NCBI GenBank assembly: GCA_027306925.1
Contig: DAHUXW010000083.1
Location: 11,609 to 75,608, forward strand
Source of the DNA: Acidimicrobiaceae bacterium
GTDB lineage: Bacteria; Actinomycetota; Acidimicrobiia; Acidimicrobiales; Bog-793
Length of the DNA: 64,000 nucleotides
Direction of reading: 5' to 3'
The translations under genes and the position numbers were made by a program. The notes below the pieces were generated by a model. The model was given only the letters and a program-made list of their open reading frames with translations. It searched no databases and was not told where the DNA came from. This document shows, in pieces, positions 29,236 through 39,457 of this stretch (position 1 is its first letter; each line of letters opens with the position of its first letter).

Positions 29236-30644
29236 GCGGGCGCAGCGTGCTGCTCGTCGGCATCGACGTCGGGACGACCGTGACGAAGGCCGGCCTCGTC
29301 GACGACCGCGGGCGCGAGCTCGCGCGCACCGCCGTGCCGACCTGCTGGGAGGCGGCGCCGACCGGCGGGAACGCGCACCCGGAGGTGCTGTTCTCGTCCG
29401 TGCGCGCGGCGCTCGCCGAGCTGCTCGAGGCGGCACCGGCGGGCGACATCGTCGGGTGTGGGATCACGAGCATGGCGGAGACCGTCGTGCTCCTCGACGC
29501 CTCGGGCGTCCCGATCGAGCCCGCGGTCGCGTGGTACGACACGAGGGCCGCGGCCGAGCGCGACGAGCTGCTCGCGGAGTTCGGCGGCGCGTTCGGCCGC
29601 ACGACGGGGCTCGGGACCTCGCAGATCCCCACGATCGCGACGCTCCGCTGGCTCGTGCGCAATGTCCCCGGGACCCGAGCCGCGGCGAGAGCGCTCGGCG
29701 TCGCCGAATGGATCGCCCACCGGCTCGGGGGTGAGGACGCGGCGGAGGCGTCGATCGCGTCCCGCACCGGCGGCTTCTCCGTCGTGCGCCGCACCTGGTG
29801 GTCCGACGCGATCCGCTGGGCCGGCGCGCGCGACTCGCTCTTCCCGCCGGTGCGTCAGGCCGGGACGTCGTTCGGCCGCGTGTCGGGCGGCGCGGTGACG
29901 GACGGTCTCGAGCGCCTGCGGGGCGCAGTGCTCACCGTCGGCGGACACGACCACCTGTGCGCGTCGGTCGGCAACGGCGTGACGCGCCCGTCGCAGGTCA
30001 TGGACTCGTGCGGCACGGCGGAGGCGCTCATACGCTCGGTGGCCGTGCACGACGCCCCCGACCCCTCGGCCGGTCTCGCGCTCGGGATCGAGACCGGCTG
30101 CCACGTGCTCCCGGACAGCTACGCCCTCGTGGGCGGTCTCGCGCTCGGGCTCGTGCTCATCCCGCTGCTCGCGAAGCTCGGCGCCCGGACCGAGCACGGG
30201 TGCACCTCGCTCGACGCCGAGGCGTTGCTGGTCGACTTCGACGGCATCGCCGAGCTGAGCGACGCCGACGGCCCGGTGCCGCCGGTCGGCGCGTTGCGCG
30301 TGACCGACGGCTCCGCGGGGTGGCCCGTGCCGCGCCCGGGCGAGCTCCCGGCGCTCACCTGGCGGCGTGCCCTCGGTCGGGCGGTTGCGGGTTCCCGCGA
30401 GCTGCTCGACGGCCTCGAGCAGCTCGGAGGGCCGGTCACCGAGGTCCGGCTGAGCGGCGGCTGGTCCACGAACCCGCTGCTGCGAGAGCTCAAGTCCGCG
30501 GCGTTCGTCAACCCGGTGTACCCCCGGGTGGCCGAAGCGGGCATCCGCGGCGCGGCGCTGCTCGCCGGGCTCGCCGCGGAGTGCTTCACCAGCGTGGACG
30601 ACCTCCCCGAGCCGGCCGTCGCGGGCGATCTGGTGACGCCGTGA
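29232..30644 (+). CDS. FGGY-family carbohydrate kinase
   Basis: GTG 29232 overlaps the aldolase stop (GTGA). Contains VGIDVGTTVTKAG, GGHDHLCASVG, and the C-terminal block RLSGGWSTNPLL. Confidence 0.8.
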   Translation: MSGRSVLLVGIDVGTTVTKAGLVDDRGRELARTAVPTCWEAAPTGGNAHPEVLFSSVRAALAELLEAAPAGDIVGCGITSMAETVVLLDASGVPIEPAVAWYDTRAAAERDELLAEFGGAFGRTTGLGTSQIPTIATLRWLVRNVPGTRAAARALGVAEWIAHRLGGEDAAEASIASRTGGFSVVRRTWWSDAIRWAGARDSLFPPVRQAGTSFGRVSGGAVTDGLERLRGAVLTVGGHDHLCASVGNGVTRPSQVMDSCGTAEALIRSVAVHDAPDPSAGLALGIETGCHVLPDSYALVGGLALGLVLIPLLAKLGARTEHGCTSLDAEALLVDFDGIAELSDADGPVPPVGALRVTDGSAGWPVPRPGELPALTWRRALGRAVAGSRELLDGLEQLGGPVTEVRLSGGWSTNPLLRELKSAAFVNPVYPRVAEAGIRGAALLAGLAAECFTSVDDLPEPAVAGDLVTP

Positions 30645-31489
30645 GCGCGTACGCGCCCGGCGCGACGGACCCGCCTGGGCACGCGGAGCTCGCCGTGGGG
30701 ACCGCCACGTCGGCGTCGGCCGGCAAGCACGTCCGCCTCGGCCGCATCTTCGCCGCCGACGGCCGCACGGTCGTGCTCCCCGTCGACCACGGGACGATGC
30801 TCGGTCGGGTCGCCGGACTCGAGGACCCGGTCGCGATGATCGAGGCGATGCTCCCACTCGGGTGCGACGCCTTCCTGCTCGGTCCGGGGATCGCGCGTCG
30901 GACCGCCGGTCTCTTCGCCTACCGCGGCGCGCCTGCGCGCCTGCTCACCGTCGACACGCACTGGCGGGAGGGGGACGCGGGCAGGAGCGTGCTCATGACG
31001 TCGCTCGAGCGCGCCTGCGCGCTCGGCGTGGACGCCGTGAAGATGCTCATGCCCTGGGACGTCCCACCCGCGGAGCGCGCCGCGACGGCCGCACTCGTCG
31101 GCGAGGTCGTCGGGGCCGCGGAGCACCACGGCATCCCGGTGATGCTGGAGCCGATCTGCCTGCGCCTGCCTCGCGGCGACGAGGCGGTCGCGATCGAGGC
31201 GGACGGTTGCCGCATGGCCGTGGAGCTCGGCGCGGACATCGTGAAAGTGGCGTACCCCGGTCGTCGGGAGCTGCTCGAGACCTGGTGCCGCGAGCTCGGG
31301 GTCCCGGTCGTCGTTCTCGGTGGTCCCGCGGGGGGGAGTGCGGACGAGCTCGTCGAGATGGTCGGCGACGCGATGTCCGCCGGCTCCCGCGGCATCACGA
31401 TCGGTCGCAGGGTGTGGCAGCGGCCGCTCCAGGAAGCGGCGGCGCTCCTCGAGCGCCTCGCAGCCGTCGTCCACCCCGTGGCTGGCTGA
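30641..31489 (+). CDS. DhnA/FbaB/LsrF-type class I aldolase family protein
   Basis: GTG 30641 overlaps the FGGY stop (GTGA). Contains VLPVDHG, VDAVKML, MLEP, ADIVKVAYPG (catalytic Lys context) and GITIGRRVWQ. Confidence 0.75.
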   Translation: MSAYAPGATDPPGHAELAVGTATSASAGKHVRLGRIFAADGRTVVLPVDHGTMLGRVAGLEDPVAMIEAMLPLGCDAFLLGPGIARRTAGLFAYRGAPARLLTVDTHWREGDAGRSVLMTSLERACALGVDAVKMLMPWDVPPAERAATAALVGEVVGAAEHHGIPVMLEPICLRLPRGDEAVAIEADGCRMAVELGADIVKVAYPGRRELLETWCRELGVPVVVLGGPAGGSADELVEMVGDAMSAGSRGITIGRRVWQRPLQEAAALLERLAAVVHPVAG

Positions 31490-31496
31490 CGCGCGC

Positions 31497-32363
31497 ATGC
31501 CGAGCCCCGACGGAGAGGTGCCGGGAGTCGACGCGACCGCGGGGGGACGTCGTGCGGTGGTCGTGACCGGAGGAGCGAGCGGGATCGGCGCCGCGGTTGC
31601 CGAGCGACTCGCCTCGCACGGCGCGGAGGTCGCGCTGCTCGACCGGGACGAGGTCGCCCTGCGACGGGTCGTCGACCGGATCTCGACGCGCGGGGAGCGG
31701 GCCGCCGCGTTCTGCGTGGACGTGACCGACGCCGAGGCGCTCGAGCGCGCGGTCGACGAGTTCACCGGTCGGACGGGCCGACTCGACGTGCTCGTGACGA
31801 GCGCCGGGATCCAGCGCTACGGCGACGTCCTCGAGACCTCGCGGGCGCTCTGGGACGAGGTGCTCGCGGTGAACGTCACCGGCACGTTCCTCGCGGCTCG
31901 CGCGTGCCTGCCCGCGCTCCGGCGCTCGCGGCGGGGGGCTGTCGTCGTCGTCTCGTCCGTCCAGGGCGCCGCGAGCCAGACCGGAGTCGTCGCATACGCG
32001 GCGAGCAAGGGCGCGCTCGGCGCGTTCGCACGCGCCATGGCCCTCGACGAGGCGCGACACGGGGTGCGCGTGAACAGCGTGAGCCCGGGCTCGGTCGAGA
32101 CGCCGATGCTCCGGGCATCCGCGGAGCGCTTCGGCGGAGCGGCCGGCGCGGACGAGCTGCTCGACCGGTGGGGACGGGCGCACCCGCTGGGCCGCCTCGC
32201 CACCCCGGACGAGGTCGCGTCAGTCGTCGCCTTCCTCGCGAGCGAGGATGCCGCGTTCGTCACCGGCGAGGACGTGCGAGTCGACGGCGGACTGCTCGCC
32301 GGGATCCCGGTGCTCCTCCCGGAGCCGGGTCGGTCCGGCGGCGAGCCCGAGGCGCCGCGGTGA
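31497..32363 (+). CDS. Short-chain dehydrogenase/reductase
   Basis: Contains VVTGGASGIGAA (TGxxxGIG), the catalytic YAASKGAL (YxxxK) and PGSVETPM. Confidence 0.88.
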   Translation: MPSPDGEVPGVDATAGGRRAVVVTGGASGIGAAVAERLASHGAEVALLDRDEVALRRVVDRISTRGERAAAFCVDVTDAEALERAVDEFTGRTGRLDVLVTSAGIQRYGDVLETSRALWDEVLAVNVTGTFLAARACLPALRRSRRGAVVVVSSVQGAASQTGVVAYAASKGALGAFARAMALDEARHGVRVNSVSPGSVETPMLRASAERFGGAAGADELLDRWGRAHPLGRLATPDEVASVVAFLASEDAAFVTGEDVRVDGGLLAGIPVLLPEPGRSGGEPEAPR

Positions 32364-33385
32364 TGCGCGTCGCCCTCGGGCACGTCGAGACATTCGACGA
32401 CGACGTCGCGACGTTTGCCCGCCAGCTCGGGTTGCGTGGCGTGCAGCTCCACACGCCGACGAACCTGTCGACCGACGCCGGGCACTGGCGCCTCGACGAG
32501 CTCGTCGCGCTCTGCCGGCGCGTCGAGTCGCACGGCCTCGTGCTCGAAGGGCTCGAGAACGTGCCGCGCGCGCACTTCGACCGGGTCCAACAGGGGCTGC
32601 CCGGCCGCGACGAGCAGCTCGAGAACTTCTGCAAGACCGTCGAGAACATGGGCGCGGCCGGGATCCCGGTGCTCGGCTACAACTTCATCGTCACCTACGT
32701 CTGGCGGACGGACGTCGCGGCGAGCGGGCGTGGGGGAGCGCGCGTCACGGCGTTCGACCTCGCACAGGTCGCCGCGGGGAACGCGCTCGCCGGCTACAAG
32801 CTCTCCCCGACCGGGGAGCTCGCGGCGCCGGTCACGGCGGAGAAGCTCTGGGCCAACTACGGGTACTTCCTCGACGCGGTGCTACCGGTTGCGGAGCGGG
32901 CCGGGGTGCGCCTCGCGCTCCACCCGGACGACCCGCCCGTGGAGGAGCCGATCGGCGGCGCCGCTCGCATCTTCACCTCACCGGAATCGCTCGTGGCCGC
33001 GTCCGACCTGGCGGGAGGGAGCCCCGCGTGGGGGCTGGACCTGTGCCTCGGGACCGTGTCGGAGATGGGGGGCGAGGAAGCGGTCGACGCGGTGATCGAC
33101 ACGCTCGCCGCGTCGGGCCGTGTGTGCTACGTGCACTTCAGGGACGTCCTCGGCACCGTGCCGTCGTTTCGCGAGTGCTTTCTCGGCGAGGGCAACCTGC
33201 GCCCCGAGCGCGTGGTCAAGCGGCTCGCCGACGCCGGTTTCGACGGCTTCGTGATCGACGACCACGTCCCGGCCATGCTTTTCGACGCAGACACGTGGGT
33301 GCGCGTCGACACGACCGCGTACTGCAGCCGGGGGCGCGCGCACGCGGTCGGGTACCTCCAGGGGGTGATCGACGCGTGCCGGTGA
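32363..33385 (+). CDS. uxuA: Mannonate dehydratase (UxuA family)
   Basis: The blocks match E. coli UxuA by eye: GIPVLGYNFIVTYVWRTD, FLDAVLPVAERAGVRLALHPDDPP, VCYVHFRDV and IDDHVPAM. ATG 32363 overlaps the SDR stop (TGATG). Confidence 0.78.
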   Translation: MRVALGHVETFDDDVATFARQLGLRGVQLHTPTNLSTDAGHWRLDELVALCRRVESHGLVLEGLENVPRAHFDRVQQGLPGRDEQLENFCKTVENMGAAGIPVLGYNFIVTYVWRTDVAASGRGGARVTAFDLAQVAAGNALAGYKLSPTGELAAPVTAEKLWANYGYFLDAVLPVAERAGVRLALHPDDPPVEEPIGGAARIFTSPESLVAASDLAGGSPAWGLDLCLGTVSEMGGEEAVDAVIDTLAASGRVCYVHFRDVLGTVPSFRECFLGEGNLRPERVVKRLADAGFDGFVIDDHVPAMLFDADTWVRVDTTAYCSRGRAHAVGYLQGVIDACR

Positions 33386-34665
33386 GCTCGTGTCCCGACC
33401 GCGAGCCCCCGCACTGGCTCCGATCGAGCTCGCACCGGGCCGCGCTCGGAGACGAGGCGCGGCGCCTGCTCAGGTTCTTCCGGGCGACGGTCGCCCCCGA
33501 CGGGCGCTTCGTCGAGCTCGACGACGACGGCCGACCGATGCCCACCGGATGCCCGCCGGCGACCTCTCCCCGCCAGCAGCTCCTCACCGTCGCGCGGGCG
33601 GTGCACAGCTACGCGATCGGCGAGCTCCTCGGCGTCCCGGGCTGCGGGTCGATCGTCGAACGCGGGCTCGCAGAGATCGTGGAGCGACACCGGGACGACC
33701 GCGCCGGTGGGTACTTCGCATCGGTGACCTCCTCCGGCCCGCTGCTCGACACGAAGAGCGCGTACGACCACGCCTTCGTCCTGCTCGCGGCGTCGAGCGC
33801 GACGAGTGCCGGGCACGACGCGGCCGGCCCGCTCTTCGAGGACGTCCTCGGCGTCATCGACGAGCACTTCTGGTCCGAGCGCGACGGTGCGACGGCGGAG
33901 ACGTTCAGCCGCTCCTGGGACGAGACCGAGCCGTACCGGGGCGCGAACTCGAACATGCACCTGTGCGAGAGCTTCCTCGCGGCCGGTGCGCTGACCGGCG
34001 ACGCCGCAATCGGCCACCGCTCGGTGCGCATCGCGGAACGTCTGATCGACGGCTACGCGCGGAGCAACGGCTGGCTTCTCCCCGAGCACTACGACCGCGA
34101 CTGGCGGGCGCTGTTCGAGTACAACGCCGACAAGCCGGACGACCCGTTCCGACCCTACGGGGCGACGATCGGGCATCTCGTCGAGTGGTCGCGGCTTCTG
34201 ATCGGCGCGTGGCTGCTCGAAGGAGCGCACGACGCCTGGCTGCCGGACGCAGCGCAGGCGCTGTTCGCACGGGCCGTCGCGAGCGGCTGGGACGCGGTGA
34301 ACGGCGGGCTCGTCTACACCGTCGGCTGGGACGGCGCACCGGTGAACGACGACCACTACTGGTGGCCCGTCGCCGAGGGGATCGGGACGAGCAGCTATCT
34401 CGCGCGGGTGACCGGCGACGCGTCCTACGAGGCGTGGTACCGGCGCTTCTGGGACTTCGCGGCCGCGCACCTCGTGGACCACGACCGCGCGGGCTGGTAC
34501 GCGCAGCTGGACCGCGAGAACCGGCGCAAGGTGCATCCCTGGTACGGAAAGCCTGACCTGTACCACGTGCTCCAGGCGTGCGTGCTACCCGCCTACCGTC
34601 TCGCGCCGAGCGTCGCGGCCGCGGTGATCGCCGGCGAGGACCACGGCACGGGTGCGACCACGTGA
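33382..34665 (+). CDS. AGE-superfamily (N-acylglucosamine 2-epimerase / YihS-like) aldose-ketose isomerase or epimerase
   Basis: GTG 33382 overlaps the uxuA stop (GTGA). Contains alpha/alpha-6 barrel blocks: [43 protein letters not shown] and PDLYHVLQA. Confidence 0.8.
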   Translation: MSSCPDREPPHWLRSSSHRAALGDEARRLLRFFRATVAPDGRFVELDDDGRPMPTGCPPATSPRQQLLTVARAVHSYAIGELLGVPGCGSIVERGLAEIVERHRDDRAGGYFASVTSSGPLLDTKSAYDHAFVLLAASSATSAGHDAAGPLFEDVLGVIDEHFWSERDGATAETFSRSWDETEPYRGANSNMHLCESFLAAGALTGDAAIGHRSVRIAERLIDGYARSNGWLLPEHYDRDWRALFEYNADKPDDPFRPYGATIGHLVEWSRLLIGAWLLEGAHDAWLPDAAQALFARAVASGWDAVNGGLVYTVGWDGAPVNDDHYWWPVAEGIGTSSYLARVTGDASYEAWYRRFWDFAAAHLVDHDRAGWYAQLDRENRRKVHPWYGKPDLYHVLQACVLPAYRLAPSVAAAVIAGEDHGTGATT

Positions 34666-35354
34666 CGTCCGGTCCGGGGGGCCGGGCGCACGGCCCCGCG
34701 TTCCTGTTCGACCTCGACGGCACGCTGCTCGACAGCGTCTACCAGCACGTCGTCGCGTGGCACGAGGCGCTGCTCGACGCCGGGATCGCGGTGCCCGCGT
34801 GGAGCGTGCACCGCAGGATCGGGATGAGCGGGGGACTCTTCCTCGGCGCGCTCGCCCACGAGACGGGACGGGCGTTCGACGAGCACGACGTGGGCCGCCT
34901 GACCGCGGCGCACGCCGCGGCGTTCGAGCGCATGCGCGCATCGGTCCGTCCACTCCCGGGGGCGAGGGAGCTGCTCGCTCACCTGAGCGAGCGCGAGGTG
35001 CCGTGGGCGATCGCGACGAGCGGGCTGGACGCATCGGCGAGGCCCGCGCTCGCGCTGCTCGGGGTGCCCGACGCGGTGCTCGTGACGCGCGACGACGTGC
35101 GGCACGCGAAGCCAGATCCCGACCTGTTCCTCGCCGCAGCCACCGCGATCGGCGCGGACCCGTCGCACTGCCTGGTCGTGGGGGACTCGGTGTGGGACCT
35201 GCTCGCGTCGCGGCGCGCCGGGATCCTCGGGCTCGGTGTCATGACCGGCGGGTACGGGGCCGGCGAGCTCGAGCGCGCGGGCGCGTACCGCGTCTACGAA
35301 GATCCCGCGGACCTGCTCGATCGGCTGTACGAGGTCGGCGTGCGCCCGAGCTGA
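34662..35354 (+). CDS. HAD-IA family phosphatase (phosphoglycolate phosphatase / beta-PGM-like)
   Basis: GTG 34662 overlaps the AGE stop (GTGA). Contains [12 protein letters not shown] (DxDGT), IATSG, KPDPD and VVGDSVWD. Confidence 0.85.
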   Translation: MTSGPGGRAHGPAFLFDLDGTLLDSVYQHVVAWHEALLDAGIAVPAWSVHRRIGMSGGLFLGALAHETGRAFDEHDVGRLTAAHAAAFERMRASVRPLPGARELLAHLSEREVPWAIATSGLDASARPALALLGVPDAVLVTRDDVRHAKPDPDLFLAAATAIGADPSHCLVVGDSVWDLLASRRAGILGLGVMTGGYGAGELERAGAYRVYEDPADLLDRLYEVGVRPS

Positions 35355-35436
35355 TCGGGCGCCGCACGTCGCCGCGCCCCGTCGCGGCCCGGCGGCGGGG
35401 GCGGCCTGGTGCCCACGGCCGGTGGCCGGACGGGGG

Positions 35437-35673
35437 TCAGCTCTGCTCGATGAAGATGCACTCGCCGGGGCACTCCTCGGCGGCTTCGGTGACCGCGTCC
35501 TCGAGGCCGCCGGGGACCGCGACCATGCCCTGGGCTCCACCCGGGTCGCTCATCACGGTGTCGCCGTCCTTCACGTACGCGAGCCCGTCGTCGAGCAGGG
35601 TGAAGACCGACGGGCAGATCTCCTCGCAGAGACCGTCACCCGTGCACAGATCCTGGTCGATCCAGACCTTCAT
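35437..35673 (-). CDS. Small ferredoxin (single Fe-S cluster type)
   Basis: ATG 35673 gives [24 protein letters not shown]...ECPGECI, i.e. a CxxxxxCxxxC...CP cluster pattern. Convergent with the sugar operon. Confidence 0.8.
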   Translation of the reverse strand: MKVWIDQDLCTGDGLCEEICPSVFTLLDDGLAYVKDGDTVMSDPGGAQGMVAVPGGLEDAVTEAAEECPGECIFIEQS

Positions 35674-35947
35674 GCCGCTCGGCGCTCCTTCGTCGTCCCG
35701 GGGGTCCGTCGTGGCGCGCCGCGCGCCCGTCCGCACCTGGGTGCGCGACGGTAAACCGCCGCCCCGAGGGTGTCAAGGAAGTGTAGGGGCTCGCGGCCCG
35801 CGCGTGGACGCGTCGTGCACGCCGAGGAGCTGGGGCACGACCGTCACGGCGCAGTCCGGCGTGGCGCGACGACGGCCGCTTCGGGGTGCGTGCCGGTGTA
35901 GGGTCCGCGTGTCGGGGGACGTGCTCGGCGAGGAGGTGGTCCTGGCG

Positions 35948-37678
35948 ATGGACGACGAGACGCTTGCGGGGCTCCGGACGGAGCTCGAAGCCGCGGAGTC
36001 CGAGGTGGCGGAGCTGCGCCACCGCCTGCAGGAGGCGCCGCAACGCGTGCGCGTCCTCGAGGAGCGGCTCCTCGAGGTGACCGGTCAGCTGAGCCACGCG
36101 CTGTCGCAGAACGAGAAGCTGACCTTCACGCTCCAGCAGGCCAAGGAGAACATCGCCGCCCTCCGGGAGGAGGTCGACAAGCTGACCCAGCCCCCCAGCG
36201 CGTACGGCACGTTCCTGCAGGCCAACGACGACGGCAGCGTGGACGTGTTCGCGAGCGGCCGGAAGATGCGGGTCGCGCTCCACCCCGCGCTCGACGCGCG
36301 CGACCTACGCCGCGGCCAGGAGATCGTGCTGAACGAATCGCTCAACGTGGTGCTCGCGCGCCACTACGAGCAGTCGGGCGAAGTCGTCACGATCCAGGAG
36401 ATGCTCGACGACGGTCGCCGGGCGCTCATCGTGGGACGAGCGGACGAGCAGCGGGTCGCCGAGCTCTCCGACGAGCTCGCGGGCGTGCGCCTGCGGGCGG
36501 GTGACAGCGTGCTGATGGACAGCCGCACGCAGCTGCTCCTCGAGAAGCTGCCGCGTCAGGAGATCGAGGAGGTCGTGCTCGAGGAGGTCCCGGACATCAC
36601 GTACGCGGACATCGGCGGGCTCGACAGCCAGATCGAGGCCATCACCGACGCGGTCGAGCTGCCGTACATGCACCGCGAGCTGTTCGCCGAGCACGAGCTG
36701 CCGGCGCCTAAGGGCATCCTGCTCTACGGCCCGCCCGGATGCGGCAAGACGCTCATCGCGAAGGCCGTCGCGAACTCGCTCGCGAAGAAGGTCGCCCAGA
36801 TCACGGGCAACGAGAACGTCCGGAGCTACTTCTTGAACATCAAGGGCCCGGAGCTCCTGAACAAGTACGTCGGCGAGACCGAGCGCCAGATCCGCCTCGT
36901 CTTCCAGCGGGCGCGAGAGAAGGCCGAGGAGGGCGTACCGGTCATCGTCTTCTTCGACGAGATGGACTCGCTGTTCCGCACGCGCGGCACCGGGATCAGC
37001 TCGGACATTGAGTCGACCATCGTGCCGCAGCTGCTCGCCGAGATCGACGGCGTCGAGGCCCTCCGCGACGTCATCGTCATCGGCGCCTCGAACCGCGAGG
37101 ACCTCATCGACCCCGCGATCCTCCGCCCGGGCCGCCTCGACGTGAAGATCAAGATCGAGCGGCCCAACGAGGCCGCGGCGCAGCAGATCTTCGCGCGCTA
37201 CTTCACGACACGGCTGCCGCTCGACCCCGGGGACGTCGCGACCCTCGGCGGCGGCGACCCGCACAAGGCGGTGCAGGCGATCATCGAGAAGACCGTCGCC
37301 GAGATGTACCGGGCCGACGACGAGAACCGCTTCCTCGAGGTCACCTACCAGAACGGCGACAAGGAGGTCCTGTACTTCAAGGACTTCTCGTCCGGGGCGA
37401 TGATCGAGAACATCGTGCGGCGGGCGAAGAAGCTCGCGATCAAGCGGGTCCTCGCCGGCGACGGGCGCGGGATCAGGCTCGCGGACCTTCTCGAGTCCAT
37501 CAAGCAGGAGTACAAGGAGAACGAGGACCTGCCGAACACGACGAACCCCGACGACTGGGCGAAGATCTCCGGCAAGAAGGGCGAGCGGATCGTGTACGTG
37601 CGCACGATCTTCGACCACGGCGACGACACCCGCGGCGGACGGGCGATCGAGCGCGTCGGCACGGGCCAGTACCTGTAG
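35948..37678 (+). CDS. arc: Proteasome-associated AAA ATPase
   Basis: ATG 35948 follows GAGGAGGTGG. It has an N-terminal coiled coil, OB domains, Walker A GPPGCGKT, Walker [10 protein letters not shown], and the C-terminal GTGQYL tail typical of Mpa/ARC. Confidence 0.93.
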   Translation: MDDETLAGLRTELEAAESEVAELRHRLQEAPQRVRVLEERLLEVTGQLSHALSQNEKLTFTLQQAKENIAALREEVDKLTQPPSAYGTFLQANDDGSVDVFASGRKMRVALHPALDARDLRRGQEIVLNESLNVVLARHYEQSGEVVTIQEMLDDGRRALIVGRADEQRVAELSDELAGVRLRAGDSVLMDSRTQLLLEKLPRQEIEEVVLEEVPDITYADIGGLDSQIEAITDAVELPYMHRELFAEHELPAPKGILLYGPPGCGKTLIAKAVANSLAKKVAQITGNENVRSYFLNIKGPELLNKYVGETERQIRLVFQRAREKAEEGVPVIVFFDEMDSLFRTRGTGISSDIESTIVPQLLAEIDGVEALRDVIVIGASNREDLIDPAILRPGRLDVKIKIERPNEAAAQQIFARYFTTRLPLDPGDVATLGGGDPHKAVQAIIEKTVAEMYRADDENRFLEVTYQNGDKEVLYFKDFSSGAMIENIVRRAKKLAIKRVLAGDGRGIRLADLLESIKQEYKENEDLPNTTNPDDWAKISGKKGERIVYVRTIFDHGDDTRGGRAIERVGTGQYL

Positions 37679-37714
37679 CCGGCGCGCAACAGGTCTTGCG
37701 GTAGCGTCGCCCAC

Positions 37715-39202
37715 GTGGCCATCGCCAAGGTCTACGGCATCGAGACCGAGTACGGCGTCCAGGTCGTCGGGGGTGCTGACGGCAACCCGACCACGGCCTC
37801 CTCCGTGCTCATCAACTCCTACGTCGCCCAGCTCGCCGGTCGGGTCGGCTGGGACTTCGAGGACGAGTCACCTGGGCGGGACGCGCGCGGCTACGTGCGC
37901 GAGGGGGCGATGCCCCCCGAGGTCGAGACCCATCTCGTGAACACGGTCCTCACGAACGGCGCGCGCTTCTACGTGGACCACGCGCACCCCGAGTACTCCT
38001 CGCCCGAGTGTGCGACGCCGCTCGAGCTCGTGATCCAGGACCGCGCCGGGGAGGTCGTGCTCGAGCGGGCGATGGCCGCGGCGCGCCGGGCGCTCCCGCC
38101 CGGCGAGGAGATCGTCGTCTACAAGAACAACTCGGACGGCAAGGGGAACTCGTACGGCTGCCACGAGAACTACCTGATGGATCGCGCGGTGCCGTTCGCC
38201 CGGCTCGCGCGCGAGGTGACGGCGCACCTCGTGACCCGGCAGGTCTACACGGGCGCGGGCAAGGTCGGCTGTGAGGCCGAGCCCGGATCGGCGCCGGCGT
38301 TCGAGATCACGCAGCGCGCGGACTTCTTCGAGGAGGAGATCGGCCTCGAGACGACGCTCAAGCGCCCGATCGTGAACACCCGCGACGAGCCGCACGCCGA
38401 CGCGACGAAGTACCGCCGCCTCCACGTGATCACCGGCGATGCCAACCTCTCGGAGGTCGCCACGTTCCTCAAGGTCGGCGTCACCGCGCTCGTGCTGCTG
38501 CTCATCGAGGACGGTGTTCTCGAAGGGCGCGAGCTCGTCCTCGCCCGACCAGTTCCTGCGATGCGGGCGGTCTCGCACGACCTCACGCTCGACGAGCCGC
38601 TCGAGCTCGTGAACGGGGAGACCATGACCGCGCTCGACGTCCAGTGGGAGCTGTACGGCGCGGCACGCAAGTACTCCGAGGAGCGCGGCCTCGAGGAGAT
38701 CGGCCCGGACGGCGCCGGCCGACAGGTCCTCGACCGGTGGGAGTCCGTCCTCGCGGGGCTCGAGGCCGAGCCCGCGGCGCTGCGCCACCAGCTCGACTGG
38801 GTCGCGAAGCGCGAGCTCATCGACGCGTACTGCGCGCGCCACGGCTGCGGCCTCGACGATCACCGTGTCGCCGCGCTCGACCTCCAGTACCACGACATCC
38901 GTCCCGAGCGGTCCCTGTTCCGCCGGCTGAAGATGGAGCGGCTCGTCGACGACGCCGCCGTGGAGGCGGCGGTCACCTCGCCGCCGACCGACACCCGCGC
39001 GTACTTCCGTGGGGAGTGCCTCAAGCGCTTCGGACCGTCGATCGTGGCCGCGAACTGGGACTCGATCGTCTTCGACCTCGGCGGCGACCCGTTGCGCCGG
39101 GTCCCGATGATGGAGCCGCTGCGGGGGAGCGCGGCGCATGTCGATACGCTCTTCGATGGTTGTGACAGCGCAGCCGAGCTGCTCCGTCGGCTCGGCGCCT
39201 AG
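37715..39202 (+). CDS. dop: Pup deamidase/depupylase
   Basis: The N-terminus IETEYGV matches the Dop/PafA carboxylate-amine ligase fold. Position immediately between arc and pup is the Dop position. Confidence 0.88.
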   Translation: MAIAKVYGIETEYGVQVVGGADGNPTTASSVLINSYVAQLAGRVGWDFEDESPGRDARGYVREGAMPPEVETHLVNTVLTNGARFYVDHAHPEYSSPECATPLELVIQDRAGEVVLERAMAAARRALPPGEEIVVYKNNSDGKGNSYGCHENYLMDRAVPFARLAREVTAHLVTRQVYTGAGKVGCEAEPGSAPAFEITQRADFFEEEIGLETTLKRPIVNTRDEPHADATKYRRLHVITGDANLSEVATFLKVGVTALVLLLIEDGVLEGRELVLARPVPAMRAVSHDLTLDEPLELVNGETMTALDVQWELYGAARKYSEERGLEEIGPDGAGRQVLDRWESVLAGLEAEPAALRHQLDWVAKRELIDAYCARHGCGLDDHRVAALDLQYHDIRPERSLFRRLKMERLVDDAAVEAAVTSPPTDTRAYFRGECLKRFGPSIVAANWDSIVFDLGGDPLRRVPMMEPLRGSAAHVDTLFDGCDSAAELLRRLGA

Positions 39203-39216
39203 GAGGACGTGGACCG

Positions 39217-39414
39217 ATGACTGAGCGGGAGCTGAAGAAGCGCACGGCGCCCCCGAAGGAGGCGCCGGAGGTCGTCGAGGAAGCGCCGCCGTCGACCGAT
39301 CGCGGCGACCGCCTGAAGGCCGAGATCGACGATCTGCTCGACGAGATCGACGAGGTGCTCGAAGACAACGCCGAGGAGTTCGTCCGGAACTACGTGCAAA
39401 AGGGCGGTGAGTGA
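39217..39414 (+). CDS. pup: Prokaryotic ubiquitin-like protein, GGE C-terminus
   Basis: 65 aa and acidic, with [25 protein letters not shown] at the C-terminus. Located between dop and prcB. Confidence 0.9.
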   Translation: MTERELKKRTAPPKEAPEVVEEAPPSTDRGDRLKAEIDDLLDEIDEVLEDNAEEFVRNYVQKGGE

Positions 39415-39457
39415 GGTCGAGCACGGGCCGCAGCCGCACCGCTAGGGTGCGTGCCCG

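Noticed and set aside
22517-35354. Calling the sugar operon a sulfoquinovose (sulfo-EMP) cluster outright
   Set aside because: Only the fold families (AGE, PfkB, LacD-like) match. The hallmark GH31 sulfoquinovosidase, sulfolactaldehyde reductase/dehydrogenase and sulfonate exporter are missing, and the same families serve tagatose and other sugars. It is kept only as one hypothesis to test.
34652-35947. 430-aa N-terminal extension of the arc ORF (1008 aa in the track)
   Set aside because: It overlaps the HAD gene in another frame and is antisense to the ferredoxin. The ARC/Mpa coiled coil begins just after ATG 35948, which has a strong GAGGAGG RBS.
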